From Amphiscolops sp. MND2022 (lineage: Eukaryota), in the NCBI GenBank assembly GCA_964187785.1, contig OZ076421.1, forward strand, positions 47,306,001 through 47,370,000: a DNA stretch of 64,000 nucleotides, given 5' to 3'. The notes beneath the pieces are model-generated. The model did not search any database. It saw only the letters and a program-made list of their open reading frames with translations, and had not been told where the DNA came from. How positions within the stretch are numbered: the first letter of the stretch is position 1; each line of letters opens with the position of its first letter. The position numbers and the translations under genes are program-made. Shown here in pieces: positions 37,701 through 50,100 of this stretch.

Positions 37701-39020
37701 CGCGCTTATGTCGTGGGAAACCAACAAAGGTCCCCACCACACCAGAAACGAAATAGGCCGGCTTCAACGTCTTCACCTTCTTATCGCGACCTACAATAAA
37801 AAACAGCAACTCCAATAAAAAACTTGTGTCGTAAATCGTAATCCTTAACCTAAGTGCTAATACTAAAACCCCTCCCATGATCTTCTGAGTTTTCTTACCA
37901 GGTTTAGCAGTAGAGGATGTGGAGATACCCCCCTCTTTCGGAGCCACTGAACGGACACCAGCGAAAGCAGTCGGAACATCGGACACTTGACTCAAACTGA
38001 CAGATCGTGAACTACTGGCATCCAAAGGACTCCCGGGTGCTTCCAACCGCACTGACGGCACACTTGTCACAGCTTGCTCGACCCCAGATCCACCAGGCAC
38101 AGAAGACGCAGCCAAGTGCTCCATTGCTGTTTTCAACTTTCCGATGAACTCCTCGACGGACAACGCACAGACCGATCCCAGCTCGCCCATTTTGGAATCG
38201 ATAATTGCTTTGACAGTCCCTGCCAATTCTTTCGTCATCTGCTGAAATGATGACTCCAACTCAGCAATGGTTACAGGCAAGCCTGTAACAGTCCCTACAA
38301 CACAACTTAATTTTGACCATATGCTGTGCACCATTCAACATGCAAGATACCGCCAATCCTAACAGTGAACTACGACTGGAAGTATATTCAACCTAATGGA
38401 TAACAATCGACTACGTACCTCGCTCATCACCGAGGACAGAACGGAGCCGATCCTCCACAGCAGTTAGTTCAGTAGCACCACTGACAGCAATACTCCGTTT
38501 CGAAGCTAACAGCCTCCGAAGCAAACTCACAATCTCTACGAGTGACAATTCTTCTAAAGTACAATAATGCCTAATTAGCTACCACATCAGTTACCCAGAG
38601 CATTTGATCCCGGGAAGTACATGCCACAATGCCAGTACCGTGCAAACCACATACTAGCATACCATAATTCAGGATACTCTGAAGGAAGATAACCTTCCCT
38701 GGTTACTACTTCGAAAAACAACAAAAAAAAGAACAACGAAATATTGGAAATTGAGGGTACTCACGGAATTCACTCGATAGAGCGATCTCTAATAACGTGT
38801 TGGCTACTTCTTTATTGGCAGCAGTCACTTTCCCAGCGAAACGGCAACAAATTCCTAGACGCTCTCCTGACAGAGTCTCCTCCACAGCAGCTGTTAACTC
38901 ACTGCCCACCGAAGAAAAACTTAACTGTGCCAACTCAGTGAACACCCCCTCCGCAGCTAACACAACAGAAGCCACATCAGTCGCAGCCTGAGACGTCTCC
39001 ACTTGAGGCGTTGAACTCAT
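34737..39020 (-). CDS. Spliced antisense accessory gene of element A; hAT-transposase-derived BED-finger protein, ~1130 aa
   Basis: Hand-built exons 39020-38765, 38553-38419, 38282-37899, 37790-37228, 37080-36592, 36449-36239, 36091-34737. All introns are GT-AG (donors GTGAGT, GTACGT, GTAAGA, GTATGT, GTGAGT, GTTAGT). Total 3393 nt with no internal stop. Finger CLLCKVDLSIAGRGLSSLWEHWRGVEH. The first exons are less certain than the last four. Confidence 0.85.
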
Positions 39021-39805
39021 AACGGCAATAAAAAGCAAGTCTGAAAAGAATAAAATCAAGGCTAACAATCTGGAAGCATACAGTCGTTTGCGATTTACTG
39101 AGATTCAAATTAACTTCTAAGGATTATGTGGCCTGATCACCCACATTATCTATGCAAAGTTACTACCCGAAAATTTCAAAGGGACAACCGAATTCCCGTC
39201 TACTTATATTTCCTCTAAAACGGTCAACACCTACCCGAAAAATTTGTCAAAATCACAACACGACTTCCTGGCTTATCCTATCTATAGCCTACTTGCTTAG
39301 TTGATACAGTCACTCAGTAAGCCGCGGCCGAACTGAACTGCTGAAGAATCGCACCAATGAATATAATGGAGAAAGATTTGTTTTTCGGTTTTGGCATCGG
39401 CGAAGATTTGTTTACAAAGCGCACGACATTTCCACTGCATCTTACTTCCGAACAGTTACCGAATAAGCCGAGTAATTATACTACGCTGCGACGTTATTAA
39501 TTTCCGGCAAATTCACTCTTGCTCTCACTCTCTTACTGCAAACAATGCGCACGATTGGATGACGTGGCTACATTCGCCACATCGACTTTATATTTACTCT
39601 TGACCGAAGTGGAATGTTCGTAATGCAGTGAACATTTTTCCAAGCATGATGCCGAATCATCCACCATGATGCAGTTGCTATGATAACGTCACTGCCATTT
39701 CCGACGAATAATCAGCACAAAGCTCAAAGCAGCCGATAGAAACGAACAATTACATCCAACTCTCCTCCACCCCCACCACTTGCTCTTTTCAAAAAAGACC
39801 CGGAC

Positions 39806-40991
39806 GGTCATGCCTGACGCATGATAATACTGAACAACGATGCTCTCAACTGAACAACATCAGTAAAAGGTGAACCAACAATACGCGCCGAAATGCAAAT
39901 GGGGAAAAGAATGTAGTTATATACACGGCATCACTAAAACCAAAAAACTAAAACTCTTCAATTACATCATTTTTACATTATTTACATGTCATCACACAAC
40001 AACCCAATCCCATTTTCATTATAATCATACACTCTTAACATGACTTTTCTCAACCCATTCCTAAAGTGCATCACGTAATGTAGTTGATATACTATCGTCA
40101 GAACTCTTTTTAAAGTAATTATTTTATTCATTTCTTCATTAGTTAAACCAGGCTATGCTGGTAACTCAACCACTCCATTTTATTGCTCAAGCATATAGCG
40201 TTAATGACATAAACATATTTCATTCCATATGTAAGTGATGTTGGTAATATAACCACATCACAGTGCTTTCTAAATTTACATGTAACGATGGTAATATACC
40301 ACCATTATAGTGCATTATTACTCATTTCAATTAGTGTAGTAAATTTAACAAACATTATGCGTAGCGATGGCAACGCAACATCATCGTAAAGCCTCAAATA
40401 GTACAACCACCAGTATGTCGCAATTAACACCTCATTAGTAGTGCAGTGCTATTGGTCAATACAGTCACGTGACGTTGTCACGTGACCGACATTGCGAAAT
40501 TGATAAGAGGTGCAAAAAGACAGCCATTAACCTTTGGTATAACTTGACGCTCAGTAGCTTACCACATCATTGCGAAAGATTAACCTTTCTCTTCAAAACT
40601 TAAATTCAACCTTAAAATCTCAATTCAAATTCTTTCAACAATTCCAGTTCTTTATACAAAATGGTAAATACACGATCTCAGGCAAGAAGTTCCATCCCAG
40701 TATTCATGGGTAAAACAAGTAGAAATGACCGTGTTAGTGATTCCGAAAGTGAATGCAGTATTCCCGACCTCCTCACAAGAGAACAAATTGATGAATTAGA
40801 AAATGAAAACCTCATTCATTCTGAACAACACTCCGATCAAATGACTATTGACCAACGTTTCTCGAGTATGAATAGAAAAATTAATGAGCTTACTGGACTA
40901 GTATTAGCTTTAACGGAAAAGTTATCCTCCAGTCATGGAGAAGGGAACGGTCAAAATACAGTTATCGATAAGACTAACGCACGTTCCGACA
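39806..40991 (+). repeat. Element A 3' LTR (first base T>G)
   Basis: Matches 25773-26958; carries the 111-aa gag N-terminal ORF 40661-40996. Confidence 0.97.
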
Positions 40992-41052
40992 GATGAATGA
41001 TTCACAATGAAGAGCAAAGACTTGTATGAAAATCATTGATCAGCGTAAAATA

Positions 41053-41485
41053 AAACACGCCGGGAACGGCCAAAGTCGGCGCTATACATAACGCTGAAAT
41101 TTGTAAAAAGCGGACCTTTTGGGATTTGTGAAACCGCAGTTGATTGCAAAATATGAAAAAATTAAAGTAGGGATCCTCGGGAGATTTAAAAAAAATTCCG
41201 AAAAAAATTTGAAACTGAGATTTTTGAACAGTGTCACGCTGCCAAAACATGTAAAAGGGGGACCCTTTGGGATTTTTTGACATCCATTGTGTTGCAAAAT
41301 GTCGAAACAAACGAAAAGGAAACCCTTTGGTGCAATCGTCGATGTTTTTGTTTCGGGCGTTTTCTGGCGTTACGAGTATGTTGTGGACGTCCGTAGTTCG
41401 AGTTGATGTCGTTGAACAAATGAACAAAAAAGTGGATCTTACGCGTCTAAAAAAACTACCCACTGTAAAAGTCGGGGACATTTTC
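41053..41485 (-). mobile_element. Dispersed repeat family, copy 5 (inverted)
   Basis: Reverse complements of the 3' motif (GCCGGGAACGGCCAAAGTCGGCGCTATA) and the 5' motif (CACTGTAAAAGTCGGG). Confidence 0.6.
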
Positions 41486-43200
41486 TACTATAATGCGCCG
41501 ACTAAAAAAAGATCACATAGAATCAAATCGGAAGACAAAGACATTGTTTCTACGAATCTGCATCTCAACTGTTAGACTTTCACGTGTTTCAGAAGGGAGG
41601 AATTCGAGATATGTACCCAGTGTCCCAGTGCACAAACTCTTGGATTTATACCCACAAAATACTGCTAACTTTTGAATTTCTTGGTAAGATCTTGGAAAGT
41701 CTTACTTTCAAAAAATCTTGGAATTCTTGACGAGAATCTTGCCAAGACTCTTATTAAGAAATCCGGGCGGTAAAAATTGCATTCAGCAAGTCTCCCGGGT
41801 TTACCTCCCATACAAAAACATACAAAAACAGGTTGATCATACTCTGGACCATAAACCTTTATGGTCCACAGTATGATCAGCCTGGAAACATGAATAAAAA
41901 ATTAGGATAAGGTAGTCCCTTAACGCATTCACTGATGAAATTGGTGATATTCCTCAACCAAAGTGCGATTACAATCACTGAGCTGAAAACAATACGCAAT
42001 CATTAATTTTTGGCAGCTTTTGATTCATTGGAAATTGTTCTCGAAAGAATCAAAATCACACTGAAAAGTGGTTACTGCTGTAACAAAAGAGTTAGTTATT
42101 AACTAGGGCGTGGTTGAGAACAAATTGAGTAACTATAGTTTGATTTTAAATCCGCCTAGAATTTAACAGAGTTCTGGCCTGCAATGTATCGTTCGCAGAC
42201 ACAAAACGTCGAATATGGCTCTATTGCTTTCAGCCTATAAAGCTGGCTGTTCTCAAAATTTGAAAATTTTTCTTTAAATTGCATGTCACGTCGACCCACT
42301 TTGGAACAAAAAGTTTTCATTTCAGTTTGATCATAATCTGGGTTATTTATGCTTCCAGAATGAACCATTTATGGATTCAGACTGGACTATTGTAATTTAT
42401 GGTTCTAGGTTGACCATACTCTGAATCATATATGATTCCTGATTGATCATGGTAAGGTCATAGAAAAAACCTGTGTGATTTGTATGGTACCATATATGAT
42501 CAGAGTATGATCAACCTTGTCGGGAAACCCGGGCTGTGATAATTTATGCATTTTATCAAACACCAGCCAGGAGCATTCCTATGGAACGAATTTTGTTTAT
42601 TTATAAATTTCCAGCGGAAATATGGGAAAATATCAAATATGAAATCAGGGGAACTTTCGAAAAGTATTTGGAAGACAACTTGTTGAATCAGGTTCATAAC
42701 GTTATGATTATATAAAACAAAGTGTGTTACGAATTGATTTATCGTCCTTTTTAGACGTGGAACTATTGTATACGAATACAGTATACTAATTTCAGTTCAC
42801 AAATTCTTTATTTTAGTAGTGCATAATAGCACTACTTCTAACAAAATAAATGAAAAAAAAGCGTTTTAATCCATGATCATCCCTTAATTTTCTGGAACCT
42901 CTTGATAAATTTCATAGGAGTTTCATATGACTTTTCATGATTTGAATGTTTTTTGTATGGAGGTCAACCTGGGTTCCTACTTTTATCAGCTTGCTTTCAT
43001 ATCATACAACACCAATAATCGCTTGCGAAATACCGTGTCTCTCGTTGTTGGTACCCTAAAGAATTTCAATGTCGGCTATAGGAGATAATTTGTTGTGTTG
43101 TTAATTTCATTAATCTGCCTTCATGATGTTTGAGACATCTTTGTTCAACGAATTAGAAAGAAAAGGAGAGTTTATAGAAGATAATGAGAGATAAAGAAAA

Positions 43201-43201
43201 A

Positions 43202-43246
<45 letters not shown>
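43201..43246. repeat. Compound microsatellite (AAAG)n(AG)n
   Basis: Directly visible. Confidence 0.95.
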
Positions 43247-43247
<1 letters not shown>

Positions 43248-43384
43248 ATTTTTTCATTCGAGGTAAACGTGTAAAGTAGTCCCTCGAGACCTTATTTACC
43301 GCTTTTGCGGGGGCGACATTTGAATATCTTGGCAGCGAATGGCCTTTTCTCTCTGGGCTGTTATGTAGGGAGGTAGTATAGGCC

Positions 43385-43403
43385 TCAATCAATCAATCAA
43401 TCA
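43385..43403. repeat. (TCAA)4 microsatellite, possibly a LINE/SINE 3' tail
   Basis: TCAATCAATCAATCAATCA; the tail interpretation is inference only. Confidence 0.6.
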
Positions 43404-44127
43404 GTGCTCAAATGTGTTAATCTACGAATGTGCATTCAGACTCAGAAGCATCGCTACTGGGATTCATTTGAAACCCGGGGCAGTGGGATTATTTTCTTAA
43501 TTGTCCCATTCATTCCATCCCATTCGTATCTATGATCCGATCCCCCTATGAACCGCTAACTTCTGATACAGTAGGTAGTAGTGCTAAATATGCATGTGCT
43601 GAATTAAATGCTAGACCATGCTTCTTACCCCTCAACCCCCCCAAGTGCATCTTGTTTCGTACCCCCAACCCGAAAGCACATTTTCATCTTGAAAAAAAAA
43701 TATTTCACTAAGAAAATTTAAGAGAATATTATATCAATGTGAATACTAAGAAGTTTGTCTTTACAGCTGTTCTAACATTCCCAGCAAAAAATATTATCAT
43801 AATTTTTTGATATTATTGTCCAAAATAGCAAAAATTCATGATTGGAACAAGTTAAATTGAAAAAGAAACACCTCGTTCCAACGAAAGTTTTCTCCGCCAT
43901 CGAATTAAATGAGCCACTTTTAACTGGCAGTCAATGTAAAAGATAGGATTAGTGTAAGGATCAATTATTTTATTGGAGCGAAATTTCAACGCAAAGGATG
44001 TCGAAATAATGGTATTTGAATTTGTTTCTTATGAACCACTCTCAACAAATAGTTTCCTCAACCCCCAAACCCACCCCCACCCATTGCATTTTTAGACCAA
44101 CTTCCACTTTTCACTAACTACGCGCCT

Positions 44128-46056
44128 TGTCGCAGGCCGCCTCTGACGGCACTAGAATCACGACTTCGGCAGAAGGGCAAGAGATAGCGACCGGCACCCT
44201 TCCAATCTATTAGAGAGGTAAAAACGCTCAAAACTCAAACTCTTATGTCATTTTGTCTAGTTTTGTAAGTCGGATTTATTACTGTTGCTAATTTTTCAAC
44301 TACTGTGCGCCTTTTACTAGTATTAGTCCGTTAATGCCAACAACTGAAAGATTCAAATAATGGGCTGATGTTTGTAAGGCTTGAAGTGCAGTACAATAAT
44401 ATAATTGAAGCAAACACGGCTAAATAGCGTAAAGGAAACGAGTTCAAGTGAACGCAACTCTGATTCCGGAGACGTCACTTGATCTCACTTCGTTAGCCAA
44501 TCACATTTATCCATCCTCGTGCTATTATTGCTGTATTCAATAAATGGCCGGTTAAGACCATCCGACAGAACTCTGCTTTTATTTATCGGTGCTTTAGTTA
44601 AACGGCCGATCCCGGCCACGAAGCAGTAATGAAAGAAGTACATCGTAATACCTTCGAGTGCTGATTGATAATGTAATAGTTGTGCTTTAACACTGGTTGA
44701 ACGTTCAATTTAGTAATTAGTGCTTTGTTTGATACTTGGCCGAATAAGGCCAATTGCTTGATTATTGTTTCGCATTGCCAGAACCAACCGAATAATAGCC
44801 GGTTAGGGCTCCTACCTAGATTAATAATCGGAAGTTTTGTTTGATGAGTTCATGTACTTTAAATGTAATGTGTGCTTGTAATCGCGTTATAAACAATCAT
44901 GTAGTTCTCTAAACTAATTGGTGCAATAGACGTTGACCTATGATGTTACTGCATGCGCCGGTCTGAAGGACCTTTCTGGCCACTTTCACCAGCTAGCCTG
45001 TGCAATCTGTTGTAATATTTTATAGAAATAAACATGTACAATAGAATGTAATAATGTTGACTTATAGTCAGTCCTGCCTGGTAACGAGGCACGTGCCGAC
45101 ACGAGATTGTTAGCATTCTTTGAATATAAGCGGACTCTGCATTTATATGATGTTCTTTGATGCCCTACGTGCCATTCAAATGTTTATTAGTGTGGTCAAA
45201 GTAGGAATTTGAATGGTCATGTGACTGTTCCGATCACATTTCTGCGGTACTTTGATGTTTGTGAAATTATGAAAATCAGGTGCTCTCGGAATGTGGTCAT
45301 CACATTTTTTAGTATTCGAACTATGTATGTCATGCCCGAGGCAGTATATATAGGTGCTACTTCCTTGGTCAGACACAACCTTACGTTTTGCTCATTACAA
45401 TTAGTTGATAATAATTTTGTTGCAAACCCACAACCAAATACCGTTTTCCGGTTCTAATAATTGAAATATTCGACCCGGATTTGTCTTAATGCCTACCACA
45501 AGAAAGCAAAAGAAAGCAAGGAAATCTAGAGGATTAGAAATACTCTCTGACATTGAAAACCTTGACATAATGTTAGGTGAAAATCACTTCAATGATACGA
45601 GGAGAGACGAAAGTCTCGACGGAACTTCCAATAGAAGGCAGGAAAGTATTATAAGTAATAACTTGGAAAATGAGGAAATGGATCTCCATTCTGACCACAG
45701 AAATCTTGGAGTCGGGACTAGTACCGGGTATGACCGAAATTCAGCAAGTGTAGACTCTCAAGCTGAGATCAATAAGTTGTCGAGTGAGTTGAACTCTAGG
45801 ATATCTAGAGAAATGGATGTAATAATGGACAGTGTTTGTTCTCAGATTCAAAGAGCCATAAGTGACGCCATAAGTAATCAGATTTTGCCCCAGATTCAAA
45901 ACGTCATTATGGCCGGTTCAGGACAGGAGACTAGAAGGGGATGGGAGAGACCTGGCGAGAGACCGGAAAATTATTCCGAAGTTCAGTACAACGCGAAAAC
46001 TAGAACTAATCTCAATAATGAACACGGTGATAAAACAAACCGTAATGTTCATGACA
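44128..46056 (+). repeat. Element B 5' LTR (1929 bp)
   Basis: TGTCGCAGG...TTCATGACA; repeated at 58492-60188. Confidence 0.96.
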
Positions 46057-46068
46057 TGGTGACAGGAG
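46057..46068 (+). promoter_or_regulatory. Element B PBS, tRNA-Leu-like, inside the gag ORF
   Basis: TGGTGACAGGAG abuts the LTR end; identical to element A. Confidence 0.75.
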
Positions 46069-47171
46069 ACAACGAATCTCCAAATCAAGTTCCTGAGTTT
46101 CTCACAGGACGAATCTCATCCAGAAATCATCTCGACAAGTCCTTTGAGGACATCAACCTCGACACAACGATCCCAGCACAAGAGAGAATCACTACGGCTG
46201 CTGACTCTGACCCCATCACTCGACTGGCAGACGTCTTGACTACAATGCAGAATAGACCGACAGCCCAACAACTTACCATACGCCCAGTCAACTCAAATAC
46301 CATGACATTCGATGGCAAAAGTGAAAAATTCGAGCTGTTCGAAGACCTATTTCACACTATGATCAAGATGCAGCCAGAAATGACTGAGCAAATGAAGATC
46401 AACCACTTCCACTCTTTATTGAGGAAGACTGCTCTTCAGACATTCAGAAATATCAGCTCAAGCAACCGACAAACTCTAGAGGACGTATTAGTCATTTTTA
46501 GACGAAAATACGTCAAGCCCGAGTCACAACCGACTGCCAAACAAATGGCACCGTCTGGTCTTCGATCCCAATACCATGAAACTGCCTGATTTTCTCGAAG
46601 AATTAAACCAGGGAGCCGAGAAGGCGTTTGGTGATCATGCGCAGAAAATGATTGACAGCTTGCTTTATGCAAAACTGCCACCAAAACTGAAGCGGTCCGT
46701 CAACATGGCCAGATTAGAAAATGGCTCCTACGATGAGATAGTTGCTCATTTGGAGAGAGAATTAGAACTTAACGCCCTCGAGGAGTCAGATGACCTACCA
46801 ATGGCCACAATGACCTCCTCGACTACAAAATCTAAAACTCCTCTGTCCACTGGGCAAATGTCAGACATTACTTGCAATTACTGCAAGGAAAAGGGCCACA
46901 TGGTCAAGGACTGCGAAAAACTGAAAAAGAAAAAAGAAAAAGATGCCCAACAAGGCAAGTCGACGCAGAAGAAAACATATCCGGAGTGTGGCACTTGTGG
47001 GAAAAAGAACCACCCGGAGGAGAGATGTTGGCAAGGTGCTGGTGCACATCTTAAACCCAAGCGCACTAGACCTGAGGACTCAACTGACAATAAGCCCAAT
47101 CCCAAGGCTCAGAAACCTCAGACCAAACCGACATCATCGGGCTCCCAATCCTCATATTCTAATGATGAGTC

Positions 47172-47178
47172 AAAAAAC
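47172..47178 (+). promoter_or_regulatory. Predicted -1 ribosomal frameshift site A AAA AAC (element B)
   Basis: Heptamer directly before the gag TAA; the -1 frame is open from 47178 into the pol ORF at 47277. Confidence 0.8.
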
Positions 47179-50100
47179 TAACTTCGCCACGACTCCAATA
47201 TAACGAATTAATATCTGTCCGACAGTACATCAGATCGGACCCTCCAACACAGACTTTCCACCAATTTAATCAGCAATTGATGGGCTATCCCTCTGTTGTC
47301 TGGCAGCAGCAGATAGAAAAAGCCACCATCATCACTTACAATAACACCCATTTGTTCCAGAAACCAATTCCTTTTTGGGACCCTGATTACACCACCACCT
47401 TCACTACCCGGTTCAGGCCTATTCCCCTGATCGATGACTACAATCCAACATACATCGATCCAGACTACAACAGAGATACCTACTGGGACACCGAGCTTTA
47501 TAACCAAGATTCACTACAATTTCAATATGTCCTGGACGATATTGAACACTATAATAGAACAGTCCACGAGAACCCTCCAATTACCCATAACAAGAAAACA
47601 AGAGCGCTAATTGAAAACTGGCAAATGAATGATGGCACAAACAATCCAGTGTTCCCAAACCCATTGGGGACCGAGACCCATGACAGCAATGCTGCAGCCA
47701 TACCACAATCATTGATAGACGAGAAACAGTTCCAAAATGTCTTAATCACTAGAGACGGCGAACCAGACTGTATACCCCTGTCAACCAACATCAACCTCAA
47801 ATGCAAAAAACGCATGTTGTATTTCCCAATGGACTTTGGGGAATTGACCATTGACGGACTCATTGACACTGGAGCGCTGTCCAGTGCAATTCCTGAAATG
47901 GACCTCCGGAAAATTCGACTTTTATCTCCACAATTCGTTATCCGGGAAGGTCCGCCTCCGAATTTCCAAATCATGGTCGCTAATGGGCAACTGGAAACTC
48001 CCAAGAGTACCATAGAGCTCAAATTTGAAGTTGGTGACATTGAATTCCACGAAATTTTCATAGTAATGGAACACTTGACTGGACCGATTATTGGACTGAT
48101 GTTCCTTCAGCGAAACCATACAGTTCTGGATATGCGACAAGGGATACTGAATTTCCCGTTCTTTTCGATGCAGCTCAAAACGGCTGACCATAAGTATTCA
48201 AATGTATTGGAACCAATTCTCAACCCTATTGAGATAACTATTCCACCAAACGATAAAGTCCTAATTAGGACCAATTCCCTACTCTACCCCGAGAATGCTG
48301 TCACTGGAATTTTGCAACCGAGCAACCTTCTACACGAAGAAGGCGACATCACATTTTGCCCAGCTCTGGTCACTCTGAATGACGGCAATATATTGATACC
48401 AGTGAACAATTTCACAGACCACCCTTATAAACTCAAAAAGGGACTTCATATTGCCAATTTCTCTGTCATGACACCAGAACAGATGAAGTATGTCAAACCG
48501 GTAGATCCGGCATCAACCTGGCACCTGTTGCAGAATGACCAGGAGCAAGCAGCCCATTACGTCAGCAGTCTCATCAAGACCAATAGAAATCCGCAAAACT
48601 CTGAAAATTATTGGTTCCCAACTCCAGAAAATCCTGGAAATCCTGAGGAACACACACCCATACAAAAACGAATCCTACGCGAGTTACAGGCCATACAGGA
48701 CCTGGAGACACTCGACCACACTACCGATGCAGAATCGCGTGCAAAATTCTTAGAAAACTTTGACTGGAAAGATTCCACCCTTACTCCTGAAGAGAAGGAG
48801 AAAATTGAGGAATTGTTAGTGGAATTCCATGACATTTTTGCACGACACCGATTTGATATAGGCATGAACGAGGAATTCAAGGTGAAACTGACGCCTAAAG
48901 ACGATTCCCCAGCCTATAGTCAAAGCCTTCCAGCTCCTATCAACTTGAAGGAGGACATCCTAGTTGAATTAGCCATGTTACACAAATATGGCATAATAAC
49001 CACACTACCATTCTCGAAATATGCAAGTCCAATATTCGCACAAACGAAGCCGAATGGGAAACTCCGACTCTTGGTTGACTTGAGAAAAATCAACAACCTC
49101 ATATCGGATGATTATATCAACAATAATCACCCCGTCAGTACACTAGTTGATGCCGCCCAACGCTTGGCAGGCGAAAAACTGTTCTGTAAATTAGACTGTT
49201 CGCAGGCACACCACTGCCTACCAATGGCCGACCAACGCTCAATCGAAATGTTGGCTTTCAATTTTGCCAGTCGCACATTCGCTTACAGACGTTTGGCACA
49301 AGGCCTTAGTCGGTCACTATCCGCATTCTCGAGTTTCATGAGAGAATACCTTGACAAAGTCATTAAAGCGGATCAGTGTGCCCAATATGTGGACGATATC
49401 GGCATCGCAGCTAATGATGTTGACCACCTCATGACGAACCTGAGAGCTACGTTCAAATGCATTCAGGAAGCAGGCCTTAAGTTAACAATGCACAAATGTC
49501 ACTTCGGTGCAAAAGAAATTGATTTTCTCGGACGGACTATTACCCCACAAGGCGTCAAACCCCAGAAACAGAATGTGCACAACTTTCTGGAAAGAACTAA
49601 ATTCCCGAAGTCGAAAAAGGCTTTACAGCGCTATTTGGGATTCCTAAACTACTACAGGAATTATGTCCCAAGACTCTCCGAACGCCTTGCTCCATTCTAC
49701 AAGATGCTCAAAAGTGACGAAAAGGTCCTAGTATCGAAAGAATTAGTCCAACAATTCGAAGAAATCAATGGAGCACTCGACAAATGTTGCGACTTGGCCC
49801 TACAACAACCCATTCCAAACAAGCAAATAGCACTAATGACTGATGCAAGTTTTGGTGCAGCCGGATACGCGGTCCTAATCGAAGACGACCAAAGCCAGAA
49901 ATTCACATCACTCAGAAAATCGTATGCACCGGTCGCATATGGATCAAAAACTTTCACCCCAGCACAGATCAAGATGTCAATTTATGCTAAAGAATTTCTT
50001 GCAATTTATTTTGCATTCAAAGAATTCGGACATATCTTTTGGGGTGCGCCGAAACCGGTCATCATCCTTACGGACAACAAAGCTGTAACACGATTTTTCC

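Larger units (their letters stand above)
25773..40991 (+). mobile_element. Giant Gypsy LTR retrotransposon A (15.2 kb), complete
   Basis: Two 1186-bp LTRs differing by ~9-10 substitutions; TGTC...GACA ends; 5-bp TSD GATGA (25768-25772 and 40992-40996); PR-RT-RH-IN order. Confidence 0.97.
45489..47181 (+). pseudogene. gag: Element B gag, frameshift near 46540
   Basis: ORFs 45489-46589 and 46576-47181 join as TAKHKWHRLVFDP if 2 nt are restored; knuckles CNYCKEKGHMVKDC and CGTCGKKNHPEERC. Confidence 0.9.

Noticed and set aside
34700-39100. Antisense gene as a nested, independently inserted hAT DNA transposon
   Set aside because: No TIRs or 8-bp TSD seen by eye, and a diverged homolog with shared introns sits at the same position in element B. 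Not formally excluded without a copy survey.
40661-40996. gag start repeated after the apparent 3' LTR (also 59795-60229), suggesting tandem or head-to-tail elements
   Set aside because: Perfect 5-bp TSDs (GATGA, CGCCT) and PBS placement show these stubs are inside the LTRs.
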